Positions 17,691 through 27,663 of a stretch of 64,000 bases of DNA are shown in pieces. The notes beneath the pieces were generated by a model. That model did no database searches, was not told the DNA's origin, and was given only the letters and a program-made list of their open reading frames with translations. The DNA lies in the IMG/VR virus record IMGVR_UViG_3300037067_018912, positions 64,001 through 128,000 of that record; one strand, given 5' to 3'. How positions within the stretch are numbered: position 1 is the first letter of the stretch; every line of letters begins with the position of its first letter. The position numbers were made by a program, and so were the translations under genes. This DNA comes from a virus. Lineage: Duplodnaviria; Caudoviricetes.

Positions 17691-19916
17691 TTAACTGATT
17701 GTTACCGTATTACTATAATTTCTTTGTTCTATTATTATATTGTCTTTCCTCACCCTCATCGAAATTTTATACACTCCATCCTCGGTGACAGGTATGTATG
17801 TCGTGGACATTCCATTAGCACTCACCCAATTCAATGGAACTGAATTGGATTTGTATACACTGATTTCAACGGCAGCGTAACCAGTTAAGAGTGCATACAT
17901 TGGCATGGTCATGTAGTTGCTTACCGAGATATATGTGCCCATGTAACCCGATGTGTATGATGTGGTGATTGTCGTATTCAACAATGGCGTCGGTATTGCT
18001 ATATAATCCTTCTGTACATAGAGATATGGTGTGGATGTACCTTTATCACGAATATAAATCGTATACTTAGCCTTCGGCGTCGATGGCAGAGTGATAATAT
18101 TCGATGTCTGCCATGCAGGATCACTTAACAGCGGATATGTTCCGACCGGATACGTCCCATAAGGTTTGGCAATGAAATATGGTGTTAATCCATATGGATC
18201 ACCATAACCGCTTATTGTTATTCTATATTGATTACCACTTGTCGGAGCAATCGTGAAATTAGAATTCATTATGTTACTTGTACCTGTCACGTCGTATAAA
18301 CTTAATATGCTTGTCGGATCGGAAAGTGTCACAATTGTTGTCGGACAACCGAGTGCCCCTAAGTCATAAACTGTCACATAATACGTGCCTTCAGTCAAGC
18401 CAGTGATTTTAATACTAATATTTGGGTTGGCTATTGGTTCGAAATAAATCATACCTGTTGCACCAGTAACACTGAGTATGAGTTGACTTCCCGGAATATT
18501 ACCGTCGATGTCATAAATCATCAACCAACCGTTCGAACCACCAATCACTGTTGGACTGACTGTCTGTACATTAAATGTAATTGTACATGGAGCACAACCG
18601 ACAATGACACTATCATTAACGCCAACAGTATAATCCGGGAGAGTCCACGACCTATTGGACTTGTATGACATGGCAAACAATAACTCTTGGTCTTCAATAA
18701 CGAAAATCTTCAAATTATTGAACACTTTTCCCACTATATTACCATCCTCATCGGCCAAATCATAATAAGAGGTGGTTAGACCGGACAAGGATTTGACTGA
18801 TCCTGTAGCACTCAATTTCAACCCCAATGTGGCTTCCGATTTTTTATGCCACATTATTGTCGGAAGATAGATTTGTGGTAATTTAGCGGGGTCGTTCATT
18901 CCGAATTCCTCTGCATATGTATTTGAAGGAGAGGAATTGGTGTAATGAATCACCCCCAATTTTTTATAAACAGGTGATTGTCCTTGAATATATGAAACAA
19001 AACCACCGTATATCCGTGAATCGAAATTCACATATTTTGTGTCACCTGATTGAACTCCGGCAATTTCATCCGTAAAAATTATTGATAGATTCCAAAACGG
19101 AAATGTCACCGTAGGGCATTGACAATTCTCCAAGAACGCCAAGACGCTTTCGTTGACGAAATCGGTCGAATATTGATTGAACGCTGTGTTTCCAGAGAAA
19201 TTAACATAATTGTAGAATACGAGAGCACCTGCTGTAATACCTGTTGCACCACTCGTCATTCCACTGAAATTCGGTAATTCCCGATCAACAATAGCGGTTA
19301 AATTATTTGTTGAAAGTTTTCCGGAAACATCAACAATTTTATACATCAAGAATGGCTTTGGATCGTATTGTGAAGTCCATATTCCGCTTGTATCACCACC
19401 ATAAGTGGTAGTCCATTTAATCAACAAATAATCCCCCGGTTCGGGTTCATTGACATTTGCAAGGTATTGTGGGGATTTACGTAATGCGAGAGTTGTTCCA
19501 CCAGTAACATTTGAAATCAACACCATTACATCCGGTTGTTTGATATGGTCAGTATCTGTTATGAAAGAAAAACTATTGCCACTTATGTTGAAAAAACCAA
19601 GAGTTTGAACTGTGTTTACAACGGGTGTTACCGTTACAGGAATGCTTGAGATTTCATTATACTCGCTATCTGTCGTACTTTTCTTGATGAAGGATAAAAG
19701 ACTCGGATTCTTGTCCGCAGGTCTCAGTATTTGTGAATAAAACGGCGTGTATTCATCATCCACGGCTTCCACTTCGGAATTGAATTGATAATCCATTTCG
19801 CTATCACCAATGGCGAAGTATTTGAAATCCAACAATCCTCTGGACAGTTGCTCCCTGCCTTTCGAAGTCAGTTTGATATTTAAAACTACTGGGTCTTTTT
19901 TATCGATGAAAGCCAT
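17691..19916 (-). CDS. tail/baseplate structural protein with the N-terminal half of a tail-collar-like domain and Ig/SprB-like C-terminus
   Basis: LTSKGREQL..YFAIGD; GLTEGTYYVTVYD. Confidence 0.7.
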   Translation of the reverse strand: MAFIDKKDPVVLNIKLTSKGREQLSRGLLDFKYFAIGDSEMDYQFNSEVEAVDDEYTPFYSQILRPADKNPSLLSFIKKSTTDSEYNEISSIPVTVTPVVNTVQTLGFFNISGNSFSFITDTDHIKQPDVMVLISNVTGGTTLALRKSPQYLANVNEPEPGDYLLIKWTTTYGGDTSGIWTSQYDPKPFLMYKIVDVSGKLSTNNLTAIVDRELPNFSGMTSGATGITAGALVFYNYVNFSGNTAFNQYSTDFVNESVLAFLENCQCPTVTFPFWNLSIIFTDEIAGVQSGDTKYVNFDSRIYGGFVSYIQGQSPVYKKLGVIHYTNSSPSNTYAEEFGMNDPAKLPQIYLPTIMWHKKSEATLGLKLSATGSVKSLSGLTTSYYDLADEDGNIVGKVFNNLKIFVIEDQELLFAMSYKSNRSWTLPDYTVGVNDSVIVGCAPCTITFNVQTVSPTVIGGSNGWLMIYDIDGNIPGSQLILSVTGATGMIYFEPIANPNISIKITGLTEGTYYVTVYDLGALGCPTTIVTLSDPTSILSLYDVTGTSNIMNSNFTIAPTSGNQYRITISGYGDPYGLTPYFIAKPYGTYPVGTYPLLSDPAWQTSNIITLPSTPKAKYTIYIRDKGTSTPYLYVQKDYIAIPTPLLNTTITTSYTSGYMGTYISVSNYMTMPMYALLTGYAAVEISVYKSNSVPLNWVSANGMSTTYIPVTEDGVYKISMRVRKDNIIIEQRNYSNTVTIS

Positions 19917-19933
19917 TTTATTTACATTTTAAC

Positions 19934-19941
19934 ATAAATAC
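19934..19941 (-). promoter_or_regulatory. putative late promoter GTATTTAT
   Basis: 17 nt upstream of the ATG at 19916. Confidence 0.6.
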
Positions 19942-19954
19942 AATTAATTTTACT

Positions 19955-22261
19955 TTATGGTCTGCATACATATTTTTTATAACACGTTCCAGGTATCACC
20001 GGGGTAATATCAGGACTTGCTGACAAACTTTGAATACAAAGATCAGCGCACGTACCATTGCTCATGGTATTTAAAACACCAATATAATAGCACAAACAAT
20101 CGTTGGTACACATTCTAATTGTACCGCTATAACTACTTGGATGTGGTCCACCGCTTGCACTTGTTAATGTATGTGTGCATTTCAATGTGAACGTACCGCA
20201 CACACCACCCTTACAATAGATTTTAACGAATGCAGTTCCGGCATTGATAAGAAGTAACGATCCTCCATAAGAAACATCAATACTCTGATATGTCGTCGTC
20301 ATTGCCGGAAGAACGCAGAAGCAACCTGTGTCATATTTGTAACCATCAAGATCAACACCTCCATAGATTCCATGCAGACATACCGTCCTTGAAACAGGTG
20401 TGGTACTTAAACAACGACAATTCGAGCATTTTGTGATGGTAGGATTTATCGACGGATCGACACCAATACTACCAATGATGGTGGTCAAACATACGTGACT
20501 GCACGAACCATTATTACCATAAGCACTGTTAGCAAACTGTATTGTATCACCGTAATTAATAATCATTGACCCGGTAAATGCATCATTATTTGTTTCCCCG
20601 ATAGCCGATGAAGTGGTGTGGGTTGCTTTATTGACAAATGACGACCCACCATTCGGCTTACAGGTAAACTGCAACGTACTTGTTCCACCCCAAACCGAGG
20701 CTTGTGTTAGATTATAATTTATTGTGACGTATTGTCCTGTTGCCAACGCAGGAGTGATTGTGAGCGTACCACTTCCGCCGTTTGTACCACCCGCAGTTTC
20801 ACAAAGTGCTGCAACCGTAGCCACTTTCGGCACGGTGACCGCTCTGCAAACACAATTTTCAGCCGCCACCGGACTGACTGATGGAACAAGACCAATAGAA
20901 CCTCCCACAGTTCCTAATGAGAGTTCAGCACAAGAACAATAACCCGCACCGGGTGCACTTAATGCAATACAATATTTCACCGAATCACCATACCTCATGG
21001 TGATAGTTTTTGTTGTGGGTGAAGAAGAATTGAAAACATCAACCACAACATGATCAGCAACACAGCAAGCACCACTTCTACAAAGTATCGTAGTTGTCGA
21101 TGTACCACCACCGGACGCCGGATTTACTCCAAACAAATTAATATCCAAACATTCTCCTGAAGGTAATGGTTGACTCAACATGATTGAACCACACGTTACA
21201 CACTGCGTTGGTGACGATACAACAGATGTTGGAGTTCCAAGACAAATTGTGACATCTTGCGTTGGATTATATGCATTAAGCGTTACAAAACAATTCGTGA
21301 TATCTATTGTCGGTTGGAACGTCCTATGACCGTCAGCATCCGTTAAACAGAAACTGGAAATTGCTTCAGAACCCAAGTTTCCATATATCGTCCGAAGTTC
21401 ATAACACATGACATCCCCCTGTCCAAATGAAAGATTAACCAATTTTTCTTCATTTGGGTTGACGATTGAACAATATGTTTGAGTAGTTGAATTGCATCTG
21501 AAAATAACGCACGATACTGCTGCTGTTCCAACTGTTGTAGCATTTGCAAGAAGATTGACTGTCACACACTCCCCAACAATAAGGTTCGGAGTTACACACA
21601 CTTTACCAGTCTTATACGACACACCTCCACAAGTCACCACGCCCGCATACTGTCCGGTCAACACCAATTTAACACTTTTTGGTGCTAAAGTCGGTGTAGT
21701 ACTTGCAAGTAACAGGTACATATCGATTATTTTCGATTTTTTGAACAATTCAGCACCATTATAAAAATCACGAATTTGAAAACTATATGTCTTACTGTAA
21801 TCCAAACCCAAGAATGTGGCATTACTTTGCCATCCAGAATCATATGTTGTTCCAGACACCCTGTATTGTAATTCACCATTGGCTTGGCCTGCATTTACAA
21901 TCCTTGCACCATTGTCAAGGAATTTATATGCGAAGAAATCATCATTCAACATATCGTGTTCGAACGGATATCCAGGATTATAATAACTTGCTTCGTTAAA
22001 TAGGTTCTCTTTAGTTATTTCACTCTCAATCTGTTGAGTATCAAGGAAATCAATTACCCTCCTGTCAAAATCGATCTTCGATATTGCTTTCAAATCAGAG
22101 CATGTCAAAGCCACATAACTTTGAGATGTCACCGGATTGGTGTCACATGTAATCGTGAACGGGTTCATCAGGTTGCGGCATACGATTGCACTATAATTGG
22201 TGCTGATCCCGCTGCTGATCACCTCACTTAATTTAAGTATGTATTTCCTTGCATTATCCAT
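19955..22261 (-). CDS. Cys-rich virion protein with four ~140-aa beta-sandwich repeats
   Basis: 44 Cys in 768 aa (manual count); repeating PxLxxGExxxVN and xYGDxxxY motifs. Confidence 0.7.
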   Translation of the reverse strand: MDNARKYILKLSEVISSGISTNYSAIVCRNLMNPFTITCDTNPVTSQSYVALTCSDLKAISKIDFDRRVIDFLDTQQIESEITKENLFNEASYYNPGYPFEHDMLNDDFFAYKFLDNGARIVNAGQANGELQYRVSGTTYDSGWQSNATFLGLDYSKTYSFQIRDFYNGAELFKKSKIIDMYLLLASTTPTLAPKSVKLVLTGQYAGVVTCGGVSYKTGKVCVTPNLIVGECVTVNLLANATTVGTAAVSCVIFRCNSTTQTYCSIVNPNEEKLVNLSFGQGDVMCYELRTIYGNLGSEAISSFCLTDADGHRTFQPTIDITNCFVTLNAYNPTQDVTICLGTPTSVVSSPTQCVTCGSIMLSQPLPSGECLDINLFGVNPASGGGTSTTTILCRSGACCVADHVVVDVFNSSSPTTKTITMRYGDSVKYCIALSAPGAGYCSCAELSLGTVGGSIGLVPSVSPVAAENCVCRAVTVPKVATVAALCETAGGTNGGSGTLTITPALATGQYVTINYNLTQASVWGGTSTLQFTCKPNGGSSFVNKATHTTSSAIGETNNDAFTGSMIINYGDTIQFANSAYGNNGSCSHVCLTTIIGSIGVDPSINPTITKCSNCRCLSTTPVSRTVCLHGIYGGVDLDGYKYDTGCFCVLPAMTTTYQSIDVSYGGSLLLINAGTAFVKIYCKGGVCGTFTLKCTHTLTSASGGPHPSSYSGTIRMCTNDCLCYYIGVLNTMSNGTCADLCIQSLSASPDITPVIPGTCYKKYVCRP

Positions 22262-22263
22262 GA

Positions 22264-23178
22264 TTAAAACAATATATTGGCAAATGTCTTCTCAGTTTCT
22301 TTAATTTCTTTCACATAATTGAACCCACAATACTTGTTACTGCATTCAATCTCTTTATTGAACGGCGATTTTTGATAATTGGTCTTCAAAAAATAAATAC
22401 CGTTATTCAACACCGCACCCGCATTATGAAAAAGATGCGTTTCTTCCCATCTTTTCATAGGATCAGTCGCCCAAGAAAAATTCAATCTTTTAGTTATTTT
22501 TGTTTTATGCCCGGCACGCCATGCATTCCATAACAACGCCCACATGTCCGCAGTCCAAGCCTGTATCGGGTTCTCCGAGTTGTATTTATACGATGTGGCA
22601 ATCATATGACTGAACAAGTTTTCGCTATCGTTTTCAACCTTTTTCCAAAAATCTGCATCAACGTTTTTCATCAAATATTGCGCACCCCCGGCATTTTCAT
22701 CATTCATCTCGACCACTTTCGGGTCTATACCGACAATCTCACACATTTCCATGAACAATCCCTCACCCTTGCTCTTAATATATTTGCTGTCAATATATGA
22801 ACGAGTATCGCTCAAATACCAAACATCGTCTTTTTCAAGATCGCTCGTTTTTAGTTTCTTTGTGAATATCACGTCAGGGTCAATGTAAAATATTGGTTCA
22901 TTCTCCAATTCGGGATGCTTCTCGAAGAACTTGGAAATAATATGCGGCCTCATCGATGATGAATATTGCGGACTTGTCCTTGTATCATTCAACACATGAA
23001 ATTGAGCATTCACATTGCCACTTAAAATTCTCATAAGAGTTGCACTCGGCTCGCAAGTTCGCTTGCCAATGAGATAAATAACATCCTTTTCCAAACCAAA
23101 TTTTTTGAAATTATTGATTTGGACAAGCATCTGCCACAAAAAATAACTGTTATCCGGTAACGCAACCAATATTTTCAT
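22264..23178 (-). CDS. glycosyltransferase resembling plant peptide O-glycosyltransferases HPAT/SGT1 (GT95/GT96-like)
   Basis: YFLWQ, YSSSMRP, YIDPDVIF (DxD), AGGAQYLM, WTADMWA motifs in family order. Confidence 0.65.
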   Translation of the reverse strand: MKILVALPDNSYFLWQMLVQINNFKKFGLEKDVIYLIGKRTCEPSATLMRILSGNVNAQFHVLNDTRTSPQYSSSMRPHIISKFFEKHPELENEPIFYIDPDVIFTKKLKTSDLEKDDVWYLSDTRSYIDSKYIKSKGEGLFMEMCEIVGIDPKVVEMNDENAGGAQYLMKNVDADFWKKVENDSENLFSHMIATSYKYNSENPIQAWTADMWALLWNAWRAGHKTKITKRLNFSWATDPMKRWEETHLFHNAGAVLNNGIYFLKTNYQKSPFNKEIECSNKYCGFNYVKEIKETEKTFANILF

Positions 23179-23180
23179 AA

Positions 23181-26100
23181 CTATAACGTTTTATATGCTT
23201 CCATAATAATCGAACTGCCTGGCACGAACGAAAAATCACCCATGCTTGGCGTAACATCCACCACTTCTACCGTAAATACTGTCTTTGACAAAGCGTCTGA
23301 AGTTATTGCTGTGGCTTGATTCTCAAATACGATATATAACGAATCTGAGTTCACCAATGAGACAGTTTGAGTGATGCCTGTATATGCACCCGGCGTATCA
23401 CGACTGATCGTCGGACCGACTTGGCCATCATTTAATGTAACTTCCGCCATCGCCCTATAAGTGTTAGAAGAAGAACCTGTTAGGAACATGTCAAACCTCA
23501 ATCTCAACGTAACCTCATATCCCGGCGGTATCAACGGCTCAAAAAGTATGTCTCTGGTTTCATACTTGGCAATCCCCGTACCTCCACCAATCGATATTTG
23601 AGTAAAACTCGACTGATAAAGAGTTATCAATGAATTATATGGTGCTTGTGTCGTCGTCGTGGTTGTAATGGGGTATGAAACAATAATATTATCGATGATA
23701 AGATTAACACACAAATCATCAATCCTGACATTATCATCAGTCCATTCAACATCCACCGATTTGGGTCTTTTCAGAAATGTGCTCCCATCGTCACCGAAGT
23801 AAAACAATGCGGAGTCCTGATTAACACCACGTTTGTATGTGAATTTCTGCTTAGTGAATATACTATTCCTTATCAAAAGTCCCGACTTTCTCAGGATTAT
23901 GGTTGCCGACAACATTTGATCAACAAACCTGTTGAAAAAAGTGTTGTATTTACTCAAAAATGAATATAAATTGGCAAATGTGTAACCATTTGATTGCAAA
24001 GGATTACTATCTGCAAGTCTTGCCCTATTGAGATAATCAATATAAACCCTTAAAAGCGTTGGATACCACCCACCTTTGGAATCTGTAACAGTCTTCCTGT
24101 TTGTGGCGTTTATCATCCTTTGCTCCATCAATATCAAGAATTCAAGGAACGACATTTGACTTATGTCACCAAGACCGAAATTCTCACCGATCACCGGAGC
24201 AAAAAATTCATTACCCCCAACAAGATAGTAAACACTTATGACACTGCCATATTTCAAACCTTTCGGTAGGTATATCTCATACGGATTATTGGTATTCAAT
24301 GAATAATCTGTACCCGGTTCGAGTGCAATACCGTCGATCAGGACCTTAGCCTCGCTTGCGGCATTTAACTTGTAATTGAGTTTATAAACGTATTTATTGG
24401 CGGCATTGTTGAAATACAATTTCCCTGTACTGAAACTGTCGATCCTGAAAACTTCATTTCTTGCACTGACACCCGCATTCCCCGTAACATTTATATAAAC
24501 AACTTGAACCATCGGATTGACAGCCAAATATCCAATAACATCAGTATTTTGAATAACGATTTTGGTTGGATCATACGGGTCGATGATGTAATCTGCATTG
24601 AACTGCCCATTTCCTTTTGTTAATGCAATCCCGTTGATCGTTAATTGAATATCCCCGCTTGCTGGTGACGGAAGTTCCACAACCGTACCTGAAAGTTTCG
24701 CACTGACCCTTGTGACCATATATTGGACACTAATTCCTGTTATGGGTGTTGATGTTGTGCCTGAGTATATGTATGTTGCTTGAATGACATCTCTACGATT
24801 ACTCAAATTGATCGCCGGATTTGTTATCGTGAACGTATTCCCGGAAACAATATAATCGCTTTGTCCAACCATATCGGTTGGTATGCCCGTGGTAGTCCCA
24901 GATTTTGGTGCATTCAAAAGAATTCCATTATACCTAACTTCAAAATCTCCTTGCAGGTCATCGACCGACACTGGAAGAGTGAAAGTACTTTGTGATCCAC
25001 TGACACCCAATGAAAGATTAACATAATTGTATGAAAGAGTATATCCGCTTGAATTTGCCGGGAAATCAGTGTATTTTATATATCTGTACACATCATATTC
25101 AATTCCACGTGCCGTATCGAGAGAAATATCAACCTCTTTGGTGTTGATCACCAATTTACTGTCCTCTTGATAATATGTTGGTGTGGTGTCGTGCTCCCTT
25201 GTCGTTGCTCCGGTTTGAATCCAAGATTTTTTGTTGTCAACTGTTTGTTGCAAATCAAATCCTGCCATCCTGAACACATCAAGATATCTTTGACCGCTGT
25301 CTGTATTACCCGAAATTTGAAAGAAAAAATCGTTGGTTTCCAATGGTGCTGCAGGATAACCGTCAGTATCATATGGTAGTGAATTCGTCGGAAAATCCTC
25401 TTGGCTCAATGTCACCATGTTCGGATTTATCTTGCCGTCGACAGTGTAGACATATTCTGTGATATTAATAAACGGTTCAGGGATGCCGATTATCATGAAC
25501 ATCGATTTTATCGCTTCACGTGTACCCTTGGCTTTCCAATAATAATTGGTATTCATTATGATTCTACGCCAAAGTTCGATATCAATTTCCGCCGGAAGTA
25601 AATCTGTGTTTAAATTTCTCTCTTGATCGTCAATAGATAAAAGACTATCCACCAATTCACTTTCATTAAGAAGTGAAAAGTAATCCCAACCAAATGTTCT
25701 CGCCAAATTCCTTATTACTTGGTCGGGGGCATTATTTACCTTATCGTATGTTACTTTATTGATATGAACAAGGGAATCAATGAACTGTCTCATTTGATCG
25801 AATTCCCTGCCGTAAAGTCGTAAGAGTTTGGTCATCTTACCCTGATCGGTGAGATCATAGGTTTTAAGTGATTCCGGAGAGAGAAATCTTGCAATTAAAT
25901 CGGTTTTCACTGCATCATACTTCGCCCCAACCGTCAACATACCCTCAAGGAATGCCCTGTAAGTTGAATTATCAATATCGAGATTATATTTGTCACCTGT
26001 TGACCACGTAAATGACACATCAGTGTATATAACATCCCCATTTTCAAGCAGCAAAGGTTCTTTTATTATAAATTTGAATCCATTTACTCCATCTCTTTGA

Positions 26101-26876
26101 GATATCAGATATTTTTCATAATCATCAAGTTGTGTCCTAAATTCCTCAAAAACATAACTGTTGGGTTTGATGTGGAAATCAAAATATCCAACGGTCGTCC
26201 CGGTGAGTGTTGAAAATGGATTTCCAACGGTTTTCACAGTCAAATATGGTCGTCCTGAAGTGTTTCCCGTATAACCAATAATCTCATGGGTATTATCGTT
26301 TGAGTTTACTGACGTCCAAACGATATAATTACTATATGATGCATTAAGATTTTTAAATTCTTCAATCCCTGTCGCCCCTGTTTGTAGATAGTTGTATATC
26401 AGATTAAACTTGTTGATGATACAACCCACCGGGATTTTGAATGTCGAAATGTTCGACGGCACATCAAAAGAAAAATCAAAAACGGTTGAATTACCATAAA
26501 CCCCCGTGTTTGTGCTTAAAAACAGACTACCGGGATAGTTTAATATTATGTCTTGTATGGACGTTCTTAAAAATTCGTAGGCAGAACCGTATCTGACAAA
26601 AGTTTTCAAATCCGATCTATCGAGATTCAAGACAGCGTTCACCGTATAATCATACAATATCTCAGATTCAACGGTTGAATAACCCAACGTCTCCAACGTA
26701 ACAGGACGAACAAAAGTGCTCAACTCTGTAGAGTAATCAATCGGCACTCTTTGATCAAAATTCGTTGTGACTGAGAAACTTCCAAACGAAAATACCGTTT
26801 GAGAAGCCGTATTGTTAAAATTAACGCCGTTCAGATTCGAATCGAGGTTGTTATTTACGACTTTTACTTTTGCCAC
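23181..26876 (-). CDS. large baseplate/tail protein with a P2 tail protein I-like motif
   Basis: GTG start; LARTFGWD..ELWRRI..YYWKAKGTREAIK; repeated VxINGIxL beta modules; poly-Thr linker before the C-terminal domain. Confidence 0.75.
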   Translation of the reverse strand: MAKVKVVNNNLDSNLNGVNFNNTASQTVFSFGSFSVTTNFDQRVPIDYSTELSTFVRPVTLETLGYSTVESEILYDYTVNAVLNLDRSDLKTFVRYGSAYEFLRTSIQDIILNYPGSLFLSTNTGVYGNSTVFDFSFDVPSNISTFKIPVGCIINKFNLIYNYLQTGATGIEEFKNLNASYSNYIVWTSVNSNDNTHEIIGYTGNTSGRPYLTVKTVGNPFSTLTGTTVGYFDFHIKPNSYVFEEFRTQLDDYEKYLISQRDGVNGFKFIIKEPLLLENGDVIYTDVSFTWSTGDKYNLDIDNSTYRAFLEGMLTVGAKYDAVKTDLIARFLSPESLKTYDLTDQGKMTKLLRLYGREFDQMRQFIDSLVHINKVTYDKVNNAPDQVIRNLARTFGWDYFSLLNESELVDSLLSIDDQERNLNTDLLPAEIDIELWRRIIMNTNYYWKAKGTREAIKSMFMIIGIPEPFINITEYVYTVDGKINPNMVTLSQEDFPTNSLPYDTDGYPAAPLETNDFFFQISGNTDSGQRYLDVFRMAGFDLQQTVDNKKSWIQTGATTREHDTTPTYYQEDSKLVINTKEVDISLDTARGIEYDVYRYIKYTDFPANSSGYTLSYNYVNLSLGVSGSQSTFTLPVSVDDLQGDFEVRYNGILLNAPKSGTTTGIPTDMVGQSDYIVSGNTFTITNPAINLSNRRDVIQATYIYSGTTSTPITGISVQYMVTRVSAKLSGTVVELPSPASGDIQLTINGIALTKGNGQFNADYIIDPYDPTKIVIQNTDVIGYLAVNPMVQVVYINVTGNAGVSARNEVFRIDSFSTGKLYFNNAANKYVYKLNYKLNAASEAKVLIDGIALEPGTDYSLNTNNPYEIYLPKGLKYGSVISVYYLVGGNEFFAPVIGENFGLGDISQMSFLEFLILMEQRMINATNRKTVTDSKGGWYPTLLRVYIDYLNRARLADSNPLQSNGYTFANLYSFLSKYNTFFNRFVDQMLSATIILRKSGLLIRNSIFTKQKFTYKRGVNQDSALFYFGDDGSTFLKRPKSVDVEWTDDNVRIDDLCVNLIIDNIIVSYPITTTTTTQAPYNSLITLYQSSFTQISIGGGTGIAKYETRDILFEPLIPPGYEVTLRLRFDMFLTGSSSNTYRAMAEVTLNDGQVGPTISRDTPGAYTGITQTVSLVNSDSLYIVFENQATAITSDALSKTVFTVEVVDVTPSMGDFSFVPGSSIIMEAYKTL

Positions 26877-26892
26877 AATTTTAATGTTTTAT

Positions 26893-26900
26893 ATAAATAC
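26893..26900 (-). promoter_or_regulatory. putative late promoter GTATTTAT
   Basis: 16 nt upstream of the GTG at 26876. Confidence 0.6.
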
Positions 26901-26933
26901 GGTAAAACGAAAAAGATTGTGGCCGCACCGTAA

Positions 26934-27659
26934 TTAAAACCTGTAGTCCATCCCCATATAATTCAGCAACGGTGAGATCATTCCAAACGATTCCATATTA
27001 AATGGAGTATTTGTGCAATGATAGATTTTGAGATAGTGATCGTAATCGTAAGAATTTCCCCCGTGATAAACATAGACGTATAAATGCGGCATCCCTTTAA
27101 TAAGAAGTTCTTTTAAATGAAAGCATTTGGCAATTTCAACATCTTCACCATATTGAATATCATCGGGATATTTGTAATCAATACTTGTTTTGAACATGAT
27201 TGATGAAGGTATTCCACCAATATAATTATGTATTGACCATCTGTTTGTCGATAGAATATGTGTGTTCTTGAAATACATCATGAACTCCGTCAAAAGACAA
27301 TAATCGTAATCATCTCCAATTATGGCTTCGTATTGTTTCTCAATTCTTTCTGCATGACAGAGATCATCATCGTCCCATTGAACACAATAATCTCCGGAAG
27401 CATGATTTATCGACACATTTCTCAATGCCCCCATTGGAAGTTTGTGCTCATGATAAACCAATTTGATATTATGATCCTTATATTTATTCAAAAGGTCTAT
27501 TAATCCATTCCTGGTCTCAGTATCACAATCAGTTACCACCACCAATTCCTTATTTTTCCAAGTTTGATTGGCATAACAATATAATGCCCCATCAATAATT
27601 TCCGGGTTCACCCCCCTGGTGACCATAAGACAACTAATCAGCGGTTTTTCCTTGTTCAT
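26934..27659 (-). CDS. glycosyltransferase family 2 (paralog B)
   Basis: PLISCLMVT, GALRN, QWDDDD, GED; start set to ATG 27659. Confidence 0.88.
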   Translation of the reverse strand: MNKEKPLISCLMVTRGVNPEIIDGALYCYANQTWKNKELVVVTDCDTETRNGLIDLLNKYKDHNIKLVYHEHKLPMGALRNVSINHASGDYCVQWDDDDLCHAERIEKQYEAIIGDDYDYCLLTEFMMYFKNTHILSTNRWSIHNYIGGIPSSIMFKTSIDYKYPDDIQYGEDVEIAKCFHLKELLIKGMPHLYVYVYHGGNSYDYDHYLKIYHCTNTPFNMESFGMISPLLNYMGMDYRF

Positions 27660-27663
27660 ATTC

